DNA of 60,369 bases from Gammaproteobacteria bacterium (GTDB lineage Bacteria; Pseudomonadota; Gammaproteobacteria; Steroidobacterales; UBA11654), in NCBI GenBank assembly GCA_029242945.1, contig JAQWSZ010000009.1, positions 1-60,369 of the forward strand, written 5' to 3'. The notes below the pieces were generated by a model. That model did no database searches and was not told where the DNA came from. It worked only from the letters and a program-made list of their open reading frames with translations. This document shows positions 9,728-19,465 of the stretch, one piece after another (position 1 is the first letter of the stretch; each line of letters opens with the position of its first letter). Position numbers and translations under genes: made by a program.

Positions 9728-10516
9728 ATGTATATCAATATTGAAAATCAAAAAACTTATATTGCGACTGGAAGTAAGGAACATGTAAAAGGTCGAATAG
9801 GAATGACTTTTATTCATGGCACAGGAATGGACCATACCGTATGGACATTAGCAGGCAGGCATTTTGCCAGACGAGATTTAAATATTTTAGCAGTTGATTT
9901 GCCCGCTCATGGCCACTCTGATGGCGATTTGATTCCATCGATTGAAGGAATGGCAGATTGGGTTATTAAGGCTATGGATGCTGCTGGCCAGGAACAATCT
10001 ATTATAGTAGGGCACAGTATGGGCTCATTAGTGGCCTTTGATGTAGCAGCCAGATATCCTGATCGAATAACTGCACTTGCGATGGTGGGTACCGCATTAC
10101 CCATGCCTGTGGGTGAAGTTTTACTTAACAGTGCAAAAGAGGACAGTCCTTTAGCGAAAGATATGATTAATTTTTGGTCACACAGTCAAGCTGGTCATTT
10201 GGGTGGATCACAAGTGCCAGGTACTTGGATGATTGGTAAATTAAATAGACTGCTCGAACGGGCAGGTCCAGGAGTTATTCATAATGATCTCTTGGCTTGT
10301 GCAGAATATACAAAAGGTATGGAAAGAAGCCAGGATGTAAAAGCTCCCACCTTACTTATTTTAGGAGAGGACGATATGATGACTCCTGTAAAAAATGCAA
10401 AAGCATTGGCAGATGCAATCCCTGAATCAAGAACAGTTATTCTTCCAAATTGTGGTCATGCAATTGTCAATGAAGCACCAAATGAAATGTTGGATGCCTT
10501 AGTTACTCTAATCTAG
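9728..10516 (+). CDS. alpha/beta hydrolase
   Basis: IHG, DLPAHGHS, GHSMG nucleophile elbow, CGH catalytic His. Confidence 0.85.
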   Translation: MYINIENQKTYIATGSKEHVKGRIGMTFIHGTGMDHTVWTLAGRHFARRDLNILAVDLPAHGHSDGDLIPSIEGMADWVIKAMDAAGQEQSIIVGHSMGSLVAFDVAARYPDRITALAMVGTALPMPVGEVLLNSAKEDSPLAKDMINFWSHSQAGHLGGSQVPGTWMIGKLNRLLERAGPGVIHNDLLACAEYTKGMERSQDVKAPTLLILGEDDMMTPVKNAKALADAIPESRTVILPNCGHAIVNEAPNEMLDALVTLI

Positions 10517-10533
10517 TTGACTACCTTTTAGTT

Positions 10534-11529
10534 ATGCCAGTCGTTGCTCACCCAAAGCTTCCTTCGCTTGATAGACCTGAATTAAAAGAAATGCTTCAGG
10601 TTGATCATTCATCTAATTCTAATAATTCTTATCAAGAGCTCCATGTGGCTTTATTAAATTTAATGCCCGATGCAGCTTTGCAGGCGACAGAGAGACAATT
10701 TATAAGTTTGCTAGGTTCTAGTAATGAGTTTTTGGTTCATGTTTATCCAACTTCTATTGATATTGGATCGAGAGGTCAGGAATACCAAAAGTATATTCAA
10801 GATTATTACAATGATATTCAATCAATCTATGGTATGCCAATTGATGGTCTAATCATTTCAGGAGCTAATCCTTCTAAACCCAATATCTCAGAAGAATCTT
10901 TTTGGTCTCCTTTGATTGAGGTCATGAATTGGGCCGATCAAGAAGTAAATTCAATCTTATGTTCATGTTTAGCAACCCATGCTTTGATGAAAGCAAAATT
11001 TAATATTGATCGTAAAATAAGAGACAGTAAATCTTGGGGTGTTTTTTCTCATAATTTATTAAATACCAATCATGCATTGACCCAAGATTTAACCAATGAT
11101 TTTGAAGGTCCTCATTCTCATTACTATGATATACCTAGAGAAGAGATTGAAAAAACTGAATTGCAAATATTGGCTGAAAATGATGAGGCAGGTTTTTTCT
11201 TAGCTTCTACAGAGAATTCAGATTTAGTTCTTTTTCAAGGCCATCCAGAATACGATAAAAAAAGTTTGTTGAAAGAGTATCAAAGAGAGATTGAGAATTT
11301 TGTTAATGGATTAAGGTCCGATTATCCTCCATTACCTACTGAATATTTTTCTAAAGAATCACTACAACTTCTTGATGATATTAAGAAGCGTACAATCGAA
11401 ACGATGGAGAAACAAGTTATACCTGAGAACGAACTACTGAGTACTATTGAGGCAAATTGGCAAGAGTCTGGAAGAATATTGTATAGAAACTGGTTAAATA
11501 TTTTGTTCGACAAAAAAGAACGGTCTTAA
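10534..11529 (+). CDS. metA: homoserine O-acyltransferase (MetA family, probably succinyl)
   Basis: LLNLMPD, DGLIISGA, CSCLATHA (catalytic Cys), PHSH, QGHPEY; no Glu at the acetyl-specificity position. Confidence 0.85.
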   Translation: MPVVAHPKLPSLDRPELKEMLQVDHSSNSNNSYQELHVALLNLMPDAALQATERQFISLLGSSNEFLVHVYPTSIDIGSRGQEYQKYIQDYYNDIQSIYGMPIDGLIISGANPSKPNISEESFWSPLIEVMNWADQEVNSILCSCLATHALMKAKFNIDRKIRDSKSWGVFSHNLLNTNHALTQDLTNDFEGPHSHYYDIPREEIEKTELQILAENDEAGFFLASTENSDLVLFQGHPEYDKKSLLKEYQREIENFVNGLRSDYPPLPTEYFSKESLQLLDDIKKRTIETMEKQVIPENELLSTIEANWQESGRILYRNWLNILFDKKERS

Positions 11530-13190
11530 TTCTTTTTTATTTTTTTCCAACTGTCTCTCAGAGTTATAATTCTATTGAAATGTAGGTTTCCATCATCCTC
11601 ATTCTGAGCAAGAACAAAGTATCCGTTTCTTTCAAATTGAAAGCTATCTCCATAATTAGCTTCATTAATACATTTTTCAATGACAGCATTTTTACAGGTA
11701 ATTAATGAGTGAGGATTAAGATCTGTTTCTATTTCTGGCTCAGGACTGTTAAACAGTGCTTCAAATAGATTAACTTGAGCAGGCTGATTTTCTTTTGCTG
11801 AAACCCAATGGATAGTGCCTTTGACTTTTTTCTCTGATGTTCCAGTTCCACTTTTTGTATCAGGATCATAGCTGCAGTGAACTTCTGTAATATTTCCGGA
11901 AGCATCTTTGATAATTTCTTCGCATTTAATGATATAGGCAAAACGAAGCCTCACTTCACCGCCAGGTTTTAATCGAAAGAATTTTGATGGAGGGTCTTCC
12001 ATAAAGTCAGTCCTCTCAATATAAATTTCTTTACCAAAAGCCATTTCTCTTTTTCCCATATCTGGATTTTTTGGGTGATTTACCGCTTCCAACCATTCCA
12101 CTTTATTAGAATCGTAGTTTCTAATAACAATTTTCAGTGGGTCAAGAACAGCCATACGTCTATGTGTATTAACATCTAAATCTTCTCTTACGGAATTTTC
12201 AAGAAGTGCCATTTGGATTGATTTATCTTTCTTTGTAATGCCAACTCTCTTACAAAAGTCTTTAATTGATGAAGGCGTGTAACCTCTGTTTCTCATCCCA
12301 GATATTGTTGGCATTCTTGGATCATCCCAACCATTGACTGTGTTATCAGAGACTAATTTTGCTAATTTTCTTTTACTGGTAATTGTGTGCTCAATATTCA
12401 ACCTAGAGAACTCGATTTGTCTAGGTTGACTAGGTAATACTAGTTGATCTAAGAACCATTCATAGAGTGGTCTATGGTCTTCAAATTCTAGAGTGCACAA
12501 TGAATGAGTAATACCCTCAATCGCATCTGAGAGCGTATGAGCAAAATCATACATTGGATATATGCACCATTGATTGCCTGTCCGTTGATGTTCTAAATGA
12601 AGTATGCGATAGATGATTGGATCTCTTAGATTCATATTGGGCGAAGACATATCTATTTTTGCTCTTAAGACATTCTCACCATTTTCAAACTCACCGCTTC
12701 TCATTCTTTCAAACAGCCCTTCATTTTCACTAATAGAACGCTCTCGATAAGGACTATCAATTCCTGGAGTGCTTAGTGTTCCTCTTGTATTTTTAATGTC
12801 ATCAGAATGTTGACTGTCGACATATGCTTTGCCATCAGCAATTAATTGCATGGCATATTGATAGAATTCTTCAAAATAATCAGAGGCATAAGTTAAACAA
12901 TCATCGTAATTAAAGCCCAACCAATCAATGTCTTCTTTTATAGCTCTGACATAGTCTTCTTTTTCTTTAGCAGGATTTGTGTCATCAAATCGTAAATAAC
13001 ACTTCCCATTGTATTCTTTCGCTATGCCAAAATTTAAACAAATAGATTGAGCATGCCCAATATGAAGAAAACCATTGGGTTCAGGCGGAAAACGGGTGCA
13101 TACCCGAGAATTATTCTTATTTTGTTCTAAATCGGCATCAATAATATGCCTGATAAAGTCTTTACCTTTATTTTTGGAATCAATACTCAT
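11526..13190 (-). CDS. glnS: glutamine--tRNA ligase
   Basis: TRFPPEPNG.LHIGH, RFDDTNP, YPMYDFAH, TSKRKL, WDDPRMPT. Confidence 0.97.
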   Translation of the reverse strand: MSIDSKNKGKDFIRHIIDADLEQNKNNSRVCTRFPPEPNGFLHIGHAQSICLNFGIAKEYNGKCYLRFDDTNPAKEKEDYVRAIKEDIDWLGFNYDDCLTYASDYFEEFYQYAMQLIADGKAYVDSQHSDDIKNTRGTLSTPGIDSPYRERSISENEGLFERMRSGEFENGENVLRAKIDMSSPNMNLRDPIIYRILHLEHQRTGNQWCIYPMYDFAHTLSDAIEGITHSLCTLEFEDHRPLYEWFLDQLVLPSQPRQIEFSRLNIEHTITSKRKLAKLVSDNTVNGWDDPRMPTISGMRNRGYTPSSIKDFCKRVGITKKDKSIQMALLENSVREDLDVNTHRRMAVLDPLKIVIRNYDSNKVEWLEAVNHPKNPDMGKREMAFGKEIYIERTDFMEDPPSKFFRLKPGGEVRLRFAYIIKCEEIIKDASGNITEVHCSYDPDTKSGTGTSEKKVKGTIHWVSAKENQPAQVNLFEALFNSPEPEIETDLNPHSLITCKNAVIEKCINEANYGDSFQFERNGYFVLAQNEDDGNLHFNRIITLRDSWKKIKKN

Positions 13191-14005
13191 GAATTTAGTT
13201 GTTTTGTTTCAGCTTCCCAATCATCCACAGTTGTCTTTTTGCAAAAGAGTCTGCCAAATAGCAATCTTCCTATCACTTTAGTTTTTGTAAGCCAGGCAAT
13301 TTGAGCACCATTTTTGTTATTTTTTAAGGTTTGTTCAACCAGCCAAGGAGTGACAACCTCAACTCTGTCAGCTAGAACGTTGAGAATTTTTTTAGATTTT
13401 TCCCAGTTGTCCCCGCTTTCTTTTGATGATCTCACTAATAGATCTGTAGCCACTATACCTGGACTGATCGAACCAATAATAATGGGTGTGTCTTTATATT
13501 CATTTGCTGCTGCTGCTGTGAAATATCTCAAAGCTCGCTTGGTAGAGCCATAAACAGATATTCCTTTTTGTAACTGCCCATTACTTCCAAAACCTTCAAA
13601 CATATAAATCTGCCCAGAGCCTTGTTTCAACATTTCTTTAGCAACTACTTTTGTGCAGAGTATGCTACCAACTAAGTTTGTATTAACTGTAGTAAGAATC
13701 TCATCCAATTCAAGATTCTCAATACCCAATCTTGAAGTTGAAACCCCAGCATTATTAATCCAGATGTCTATTTTACCAAAGCGATCAAATCCTTTTTGCC
13801 ATAGATTTTTGACTGAATCAATATCTTGAACCATGCAAGGAACACCAATTACATTATCTTTCATAATTTGTATTGAATCGAGAGCTTTGGCAACTGAGGA
13901 ATCACTGGTTCCTGAAATGATTACTTGATGACCTCGGTTTAGAAATTCTTTCGCCATGCCTAATCCAATTCCACGAGAACTTCCAGTAATTACAACTGTC
14001 TTCAT
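13187..14005 (-). CDS. SDR family oxidoreductase
   Basis: TGSSRGIG, NNAG, YGSTK; GGAG RBS favours start 14005 (MKTVV). Confidence 0.85.
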   Translation of the reverse strand: MKTVVITGSSRGIGLGMAKEFLNRGHQVIISGTSDSSVAKALDSIQIMKDNVIGVPCMVQDIDSVKNLWQKGFDRFGKIDIWINNAGVSTSRLGIENLELDEILTTVNTNLVGSILCTKVVAKEMLKQGSGQIYMFEGFGSNGQLQKGISVYGSTKRALRYFTAAAANEYKDTPIIIGSISPGIVATDLLVRSSKESGDNWEKSKKILNVLADRVEVVTPWLVEQTLKNNKNGAQIAWLTKTKVIGRLLFGRLFCKKTTVDDWEAETKQLNS

Positions 14006-14045
14006 ATTCAACTCCATCAATAATTAATCTTTATTATTCTATTAC

Positions 14046-15209
14046 TTAGATAGGCTTTCTTAAAGTAAAGTTAGCGATAACGACGATAATAGGTAGTATT
14101 ACTAGTGCACCAACATACAGTGGTGCTGATGCTATGAAATTGGTGTATAGGACTCCCGAGAATGTTGGACCTATAATTCTACCCATGGCTGATGCTGATT
14201 GGTATTGTCCTAAAAATTTTCCTCTTTCATAAGGTTTGGCACATTTTGATACTAGGCTTGATAGGCAAGGGTTAAAAATTGCAGCACCAAGGCCATAGAA
14301 AAATAAACCCATCCATAATATTGATGTCTCTTTGGAAAGACCAATCAGCATGAGTCCTAAGGCTACAAAAAATGCAGCGATTTGAACAAGTTTTATCTCT
14401 CCAGCAATCTTAGTCATAGGACCAATAAGACCTCCTTGAACGACAACACCAATAAAACCAAGCATAAAAAAAACAGTGCCTATGTTTGTTGGACCGTAAT
14501 CAAAAATACTGTTCGACCATAGAGGGAAAATAGCTTCCATTAATGACATTGCTGTATAGAAGACTAGACCACAAATAAAAAGAGGAAGAATGATCTTCTC
14601 AGGAGAAAATGTCCCTTTTTCAAATAAATTTAGAATTGATCCAAATGGTTTTCTATTTTCTATTACTAAACTTTCTTTTAAGAAAAATATGGTAGCTAAT
14701 ATAGCTAACACATTGATTCCTGCTCCTGAAAGAGCGACTAGTATATAATTTGCATTTGCAACATCATTGCCAGCTAAGAAACCTCCAATTGCTGGTCCAG
14801 TCATAAAGCCTAGACCAAGTCCGGCACTTACCTTACCAAGACCTGCTGATCGATTTTCATTATCTGTAATATCGGTGACATAGGCAAAAGCAATGGAGAT
14901 ATTTCCAGCCATAAAGCCTGAAAGAATCCGACTTAATATTACAGTCGTGATGGTTGGTGCAAAAGCGAGAATGACATAGGAAACTGCGGATCCAAAGAGA
15001 GTTAATATAAGAACTTTTTTTCTGCCTATGGAGTCACTGACCCTTCCCCAAAAAGGAGCTGCAATGAATTGACCAACTGAAAAAAATGCCATACTGAGGG
15101 TAATAATTTCTGGGCCGGCACCTAATCTTTCAGCATAAAAAGGAAACAAAGGCAATATAATGCCAAATCCCATTAAACCTATAAAAGTGACTAAAAATAT
15201 TACAAGCAT
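14046..15209 (-). CDS. MFS transporter, TetA/DHA1-like
   Basis: GRVSDSIGRK motif A, GPAIGG motif C, about 12 TMs. Confidence 0.9.
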   Translation of the reverse strand: MLVIFLVTFIGLMGFGIILPLFPFYAERLGAGPEIITLSMAFFSVGQFIAAPFWGRVSDSIGRKKVLILTLFGSAVSYVILAFAPTITTVILSRILSGFMAGNISIAFAYVTDITDNENRSAGLGKVSAGLGLGFMTGPAIGGFLAGNDVANANYILVALSGAGINVLAILATIFFLKESLVIENRKPFGSILNLFEKGTFSPEKIILPLFICGLVFYTAMSLMEAIFPLWSNSIFDYGPTNIGTVFFMLGFIGVVVQGGLIGPMTKIAGEIKLVQIAAFFVALGLMLIGLSKETSILWMGLFFYGLGAAIFNPCLSSLVSKCAKPYERGKFLGQYQSASAMGRIIGPTFSGVLYTNFIASAPLYVGALVILPIIVVIANFTLRKPI

Positions 15210-15466
15210 CTGATCTAACCTTTAAAAAATGAGAAGAAAAGAAAAAGATACCTTAATAAAATCTTCTGAAATATTGTGAAAAGTTGTATTTAAGCAACAA
15301 ATATCTATCTCTGTAAGATGAACTTTAACATTAATGACTTTTATTGAAAGAAAAATCCAATTAATATATATAACAATAAGATTTACAGTGCTTAATGGTG
15401 ATTTACTTAAGTGCTAGACCTAATTCAAATACTTAATCTTAATTGAAAATACATGAGGAAAAAATA

Positions 15467-17929
15467 ATGTACAAACATTTCAAAATATATACAGGGATAG
15501 CTTTGGCTCTTCTTATATCATTGCCGCTTGAACTGGTGTCTTCACAATCTGTTATCGAAGAGATTACTGTTACAGCTCGTCAAAGAGAGGAATCACTGAG
15601 AGAAGTACCTGCTGCAATTACTGTTCTGACAGAAAGTCAAATTCAAAGATCTGGGATCCAGAGAGCAACAGATTTTATTGCGTTAACACCAGGTGTGACT
15701 ATTGTTGATACCGCTGAAGTTGGTGATACACAGGTTAGTATTAGAGGCTTGAATGGTGCAAGAGATGCTGAAACCAGTTTTGGATTAGTGATTGATGGTA
15801 TTACTATGACCAATCCGGCAGCACTCAATAGAGAGTATCTAGGCTTGTCTCAAATTGAAGTTCTAAAAGGACCTCAAGGAGCTCTTTATGGACGGAATGC
15901 ATCAGCGGGTGCAATCATTATCAAAACAGCTAAGCCAGGAGAAGAAAGGGGTGGAGCTATTAAAGCAAGTGTAGGCGATGATTCTACTTATGCAATTACT
16001 GCACGTGCAGATATCCCTATGGAAAATCATAATCTAAGTATTATTGCTAATCACAATTCCACCGATGGCTTCAGAGAGAACACATGGCTTAATTGTGATG
16101 ATTGTGTTGATAACTATGAGTCAACTGATGTCTACGCAAGAATGACTTGGGATACTGATGAGAATACATCATGGGATGCAAAATTGAGATATGGTGAAGT
16201 TGATACAACATCCATTGTCTTTAATGCAGTATTTCAGTTGCCAGCATTTGAGGCATTCCTAGGAATTCCTACACTCTATGAAGATGTTAATACTCATAAA
16301 TTTGATTTTGTGAGTAATTTTCCACATACCAATGATCAAGAATCATTAGAGTTTTCTTTGAAGATGGAAAAAGATTTGGGGTGGGCTAATTTGACTGCTT
16401 GGACTTTATATAGTGATATTGAAAATGAATTTGCAGCTGATGGAACCAGTGGTGCTTTTGGATTCTTCTTTGCTGATGCATCGTGTTTGGCATCATTGGA
16501 TGAAATCGTATCAGCTGGAAAAGGATTTTCATTACCTTCACCGCAATATATTGCTACATCCGATCCAACAGTTCCTAATGGCTTGTTATTAGGACCATAC
16601 ACTCCCACTCGATGTGATGGGACACAGTATCAAAGAAGAAATCAAGATGATTTAAGTTTTGAAGTTAGACTGAATTCTCCAGGTGATCAACCAATTCGAT
16701 GGAGTATGGGAGCTTATGTCCTTGATGTAAATCGAGAAGTAGGCGTTAACCAAGGAACGGATTTAGGTAATGGCGTTGTAATGGCTATGTATGATCCTAA
16801 AGGCGGATTAAATCCAACAGAACAAATGGTTTGGGATGATTTCTCCAATAATGTTCATGCATTCTTTGGATCTGTTGATATTGATATAACAGATACTCTT
16901 GAACTTTCTCTTGCTGGTCGTTATGACAAAGAGAAAAGAAAAGTGCATAACTTAGTACCAACCAATGTGACTTCAACTTATATTGATTGTGATGGACCTC
17001 CATATACAGGTGGGCCATTGAATACTGGTCTTTGTAGTGCGAGTTCAATTCCTGATCAAGAAAAGACATTTGAACATTTTCAACCTAAGATCAGTTTATC
17101 TTGGGCAGTTGATGATAATGCTTCATTTTATGTGAGTTGGGGCGAAGGGTTTAAGAGTGGAGGATTTAATAACTCCGGTGCTCGACAAACTATTGATACC
17201 TTTATCAATCCTCTTAATCCAAGCTCACCTATTAATTTAATGGATTCTTATGATAAAGAAGTTAATAGATCCTTAGAAGCAGGCTTTAAAGCTTTGTTGG
17301 CTGATAATAGAGTTAGTGTTGATTTATCAGTTTATAAAACAAATGCCAAGAATCTTCAATTCTTTGAATTCATAGTAGGGCCTTTTGGTCTTTTAAGAAT
17401 TGTTGAGAATATTGATGAATCAGAATTGTCTGGTGGAGAAATAGCTGTCACAGCCATTATCAATGATAATATCAGTGTCTATGCATCAGCAGCTGCGGTT
17501 GATAGTGAGGTTCTTAAGAATTCAGTTAGAACGGATAGTGTTGGTAATAATGTACCTTACCATGCTGATTACACCTTTAATTCAGGACTTTCTCTAGATT
17601 ACCCAATGTCCAATGGTATGAATTTCTTTGCACAGCTTGATTACGCTGTTGTTGGACCAACATGGTTTCATTTGATGCAAACTAAAAATACCAGAAATAC
17701 CTTATTTGGGGTTCCTATGGCTTATGATAAAACAGATCGTGCAAGATACGATACGGTTAATCTAAGATTGGGAATAGAGCGTGATAATATGACTATTGTT
17801 GCTTTTGCTAAAAACCTAACTGATGAAGATTATTTAGCCGAGGTAATTCCTGCTCCTGAGTTTGGTGGTGTGTTTGCACATCCTGGACCTCAAAGAAGAT
17901 TAGGACTAGAGATTACTTATCAATTCTAA
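15467..17929 (+). CDS. TonB-dependent receptor
   Basis: GAGG RBS; signal peptide; EEITVTARQRE, IEVLKGPQGALYGRNA, GFKSGGFN, C-terminal YQF. Confidence 0.93.
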   Translation: MYKHFKIYTGIALALLISLPLELVSSQSVIEEITVTARQREESLREVPAAITVLTESQIQRSGIQRATDFIALTPGVTIVDTAEVGDTQVSIRGLNGARDAETSFGLVIDGITMTNPAALNREYLGLSQIEVLKGPQGALYGRNASAGAIIIKTAKPGEERGGAIKASVGDDSTYAITARADIPMENHNLSIIANHNSTDGFRENTWLNCDDCVDNYESTDVYARMTWDTDENTSWDAKLRYGEVDTTSIVFNAVFQLPAFEAFLGIPTLYEDVNTHKFDFVSNFPHTNDQESLEFSLKMEKDLGWANLTAWTLYSDIENEFAADGTSGAFGFFFADASCLASLDEIVSAGKGFSLPSPQYIATSDPTVPNGLLLGPYTPTRCDGTQYQRRNQDDLSFEVRLNSPGDQPIRWSMGAYVLDVNREVGVNQGTDLGNGVVMAMYDPKGGLNPTEQMVWDDFSNNVHAFFGSVDIDITDTLELSLAGRYDKEKRKVHNLVPTNVTSTYIDCDGPPYTGGPLNTGLCSASSIPDQEKTFEHFQPKISLSWAVDDNASFYVSWGEGFKSGGFNNSGARQTIDTFINPLNPSSPINLMDSYDKEVNRSLEAGFKALLADNRVSVDLSVYKTNAKNLQFFEFIVGPFGLLRIVENIDESELSGGEIAVTAIINDNISVYASAAAVDSEVLKNSVRTDSVGNNVPYHADYTFNSGLSLDYPMSNGMNFFAQLDYAVVGPTWFHLMQTKNTRNTLFGVPMAYDKTDRARYDTVNLRLGIERDNMTIVAFAKNLTDEDYLAEVIPAPEFGGVFAHPGPQRRLGLEITYQF

Positions 17930-17949
17930 TTTGGTAGTTTGAATAAATT

Positions 17950-17977
17950 AAAAGCCCCTTAATAGGGGCTTTTTTTT
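17950..17977. terminator. bidirectional rho-independent terminator
   Basis: AAAAGCCCCT-taat-AGGGGCTTTTTTT between two convergent genes. Confidence 0.85.
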
Positions 17978-19448
17978 AATAAGGTCTTTTAAGATAATGA
18001 CCTTTGGGTTCTCCCAGAACTTGACCTTCGTCATAGATTCTATTGCCTCTTAGGAAGGTTGTAGTCACTTTTGCATTCAATTCTTGTCCTTCAAAAGGGG
18101 TATAACCTTGACCTGATTCAGATTCTTCAGCTCTAATCGTCCAAGTTTGATTTGGATCAACTAAGACTAAATCAGCATCCAAACCTATTTCAATATCACC
18201 TTTACTAGGAAGCCCATATCTTCTAGCTGGTTTTAAACTGGTTAATTCAGCCATTTTATTCAATGATAAGCCTCTTTTAGAGCCTTCGCTTACCAGTGCT
18301 GATAATAAGTATTCCGTTCCTCCAAAACCTGATTTTGCCAACCAAATATCATCAGCATTATCGTTATCAACTTTGTCTTCATGTTTGCAACATGCGTGGT
18401 CACTAACAATCCAATCTATATCACCATTTAGAACGCTTTCCCATAGAAATTCCACATCTTCTCTTGGTCTTATCGGAGGATTAACTTTTGCTAAATTGCC
18501 TGTTTCTGCATCGACATCTAGTATTAAATGACCAATTGTTACTTCCCTTCTAAAATTAATATGAGGAAAGACAGCTTGCATTTGCATAGCTGCATCTACC
18601 GCTTTCTTCGAAGAAAGGTGTAGTAAATTAACATTCGGTAGTTGTGTTTCATTAGCAAGATAGGATGCTATGAAAATAGCTAAACCTTCTGAATGTGGAG
18701 GTCTTGAAGCACTGTAGGCATGCAGTCCTTCCAATTTATTCTCTTCTTGTACTAATTTCTGATACGCAGCCATTATTTCAGCAGTTTCACAATGAAGACT
18801 TAAACTAATATCATCTTTCTTGTCAGGATACATTTCAATGGCTTTTTGTATCCCTCTCATTACAAATTCAAAATGAGCAATATCGTATTTCTCATTTTCA
18901 TCAATCATTAAGAATTCATGTTGACTGGAAGATGCACCATGCAAACCATGTCCACCATAAAACATGAAAATTTTAAAAGAAGTAATACCAAATTCATCGA
19001 TGATATTGGGTATTTCATCAATGTGTGATCGATCCATTGGTGCTATATGATAGGCATAATCAACAAAGAAATTATTTTCTGATAACTCCAAGACTTCAGG
19101 AAGAAAATCTTTATAAGGTCCACCCTTGTTTAAATAATAACCACCGGTTCTCATATAATTAAGACTCGAGGTAACGCCGCCCATTGCAGCAGCTCTGCTT
19201 TCAATGATGGCATCTTCATTTAAAGGATTATATATGCCAGTGTGCATATGAGCATCAACCAATCCTGGAAAAGCTAGTTTATTTTGACCATCGTAAGTAT
19301 TTTTAGCTTCATTTGAGTCGATATTAGGTTTAATTTCTTTAAACAGACCATCCTTAATAGCGATATCAGATACTTCTACTTCATCGGAGCTGGGTTTGAC
19401 TACTCGAATATTTTTTATAAGTAGATCATATTTTTTTTCTTCACTCAT
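17976..19448 (-). CDS. cyclic amidohydrolase (allantoinase/dihydropyrimidinase/dihydroorotase family)
   Basis: PGLVDAHMH, FKIFM (carboxylated Lys), HCE, LHLSS, KVNPPIR, SDHA, DADLV. Confidence 0.85.
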   Translation of the reverse strand: MSEEKKYDLLIKNIRVVKPSSDEVEVSDIAIKDGLFKEIKPNIDSNEAKNTYDGQNKLAFPGLVDAHMHTGIYNPLNEDAIIESRAAAMGGVTSSLNYMRTGGYYLNKGGPYKDFLPEVLELSENNFFVDYAYHIAPMDRSHIDEIPNIIDEFGITSFKIFMFYGGHGLHGASSSQHEFLMIDENEKYDIAHFEFVMRGIQKAIEMYPDKKDDISLSLHCETAEIMAAYQKLVQEENKLEGLHAYSASRPPHSEGLAIFIASYLANETQLPNVNLLHLSSKKAVDAAMQMQAVFPHINFRREVTIGHLILDVDAETGNLAKVNPPIRPREDVEFLWESVLNGDIDWIVSDHACCKHEDKVDNDNADDIWLAKSGFGGTEYLLSALVSEGSKRGLSLNKMAELTSLKPARRYGLPSKGDIEIGLDADLVLVDPNQTWTIRAEESESGQGYTPFEGQELNAKVTTTFLRGNRIYDEGQVLGEPKGHYLKRPY

Positions 19449-19465
19449 TGAACTTCCTTTTAATA

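Noticed and set aside
14046-15209. Tetracycline resistance gene tetA
   Set aside because: Family-level similarity only; no TetR or mobile context, and it sits in a housekeeping run with glnS.
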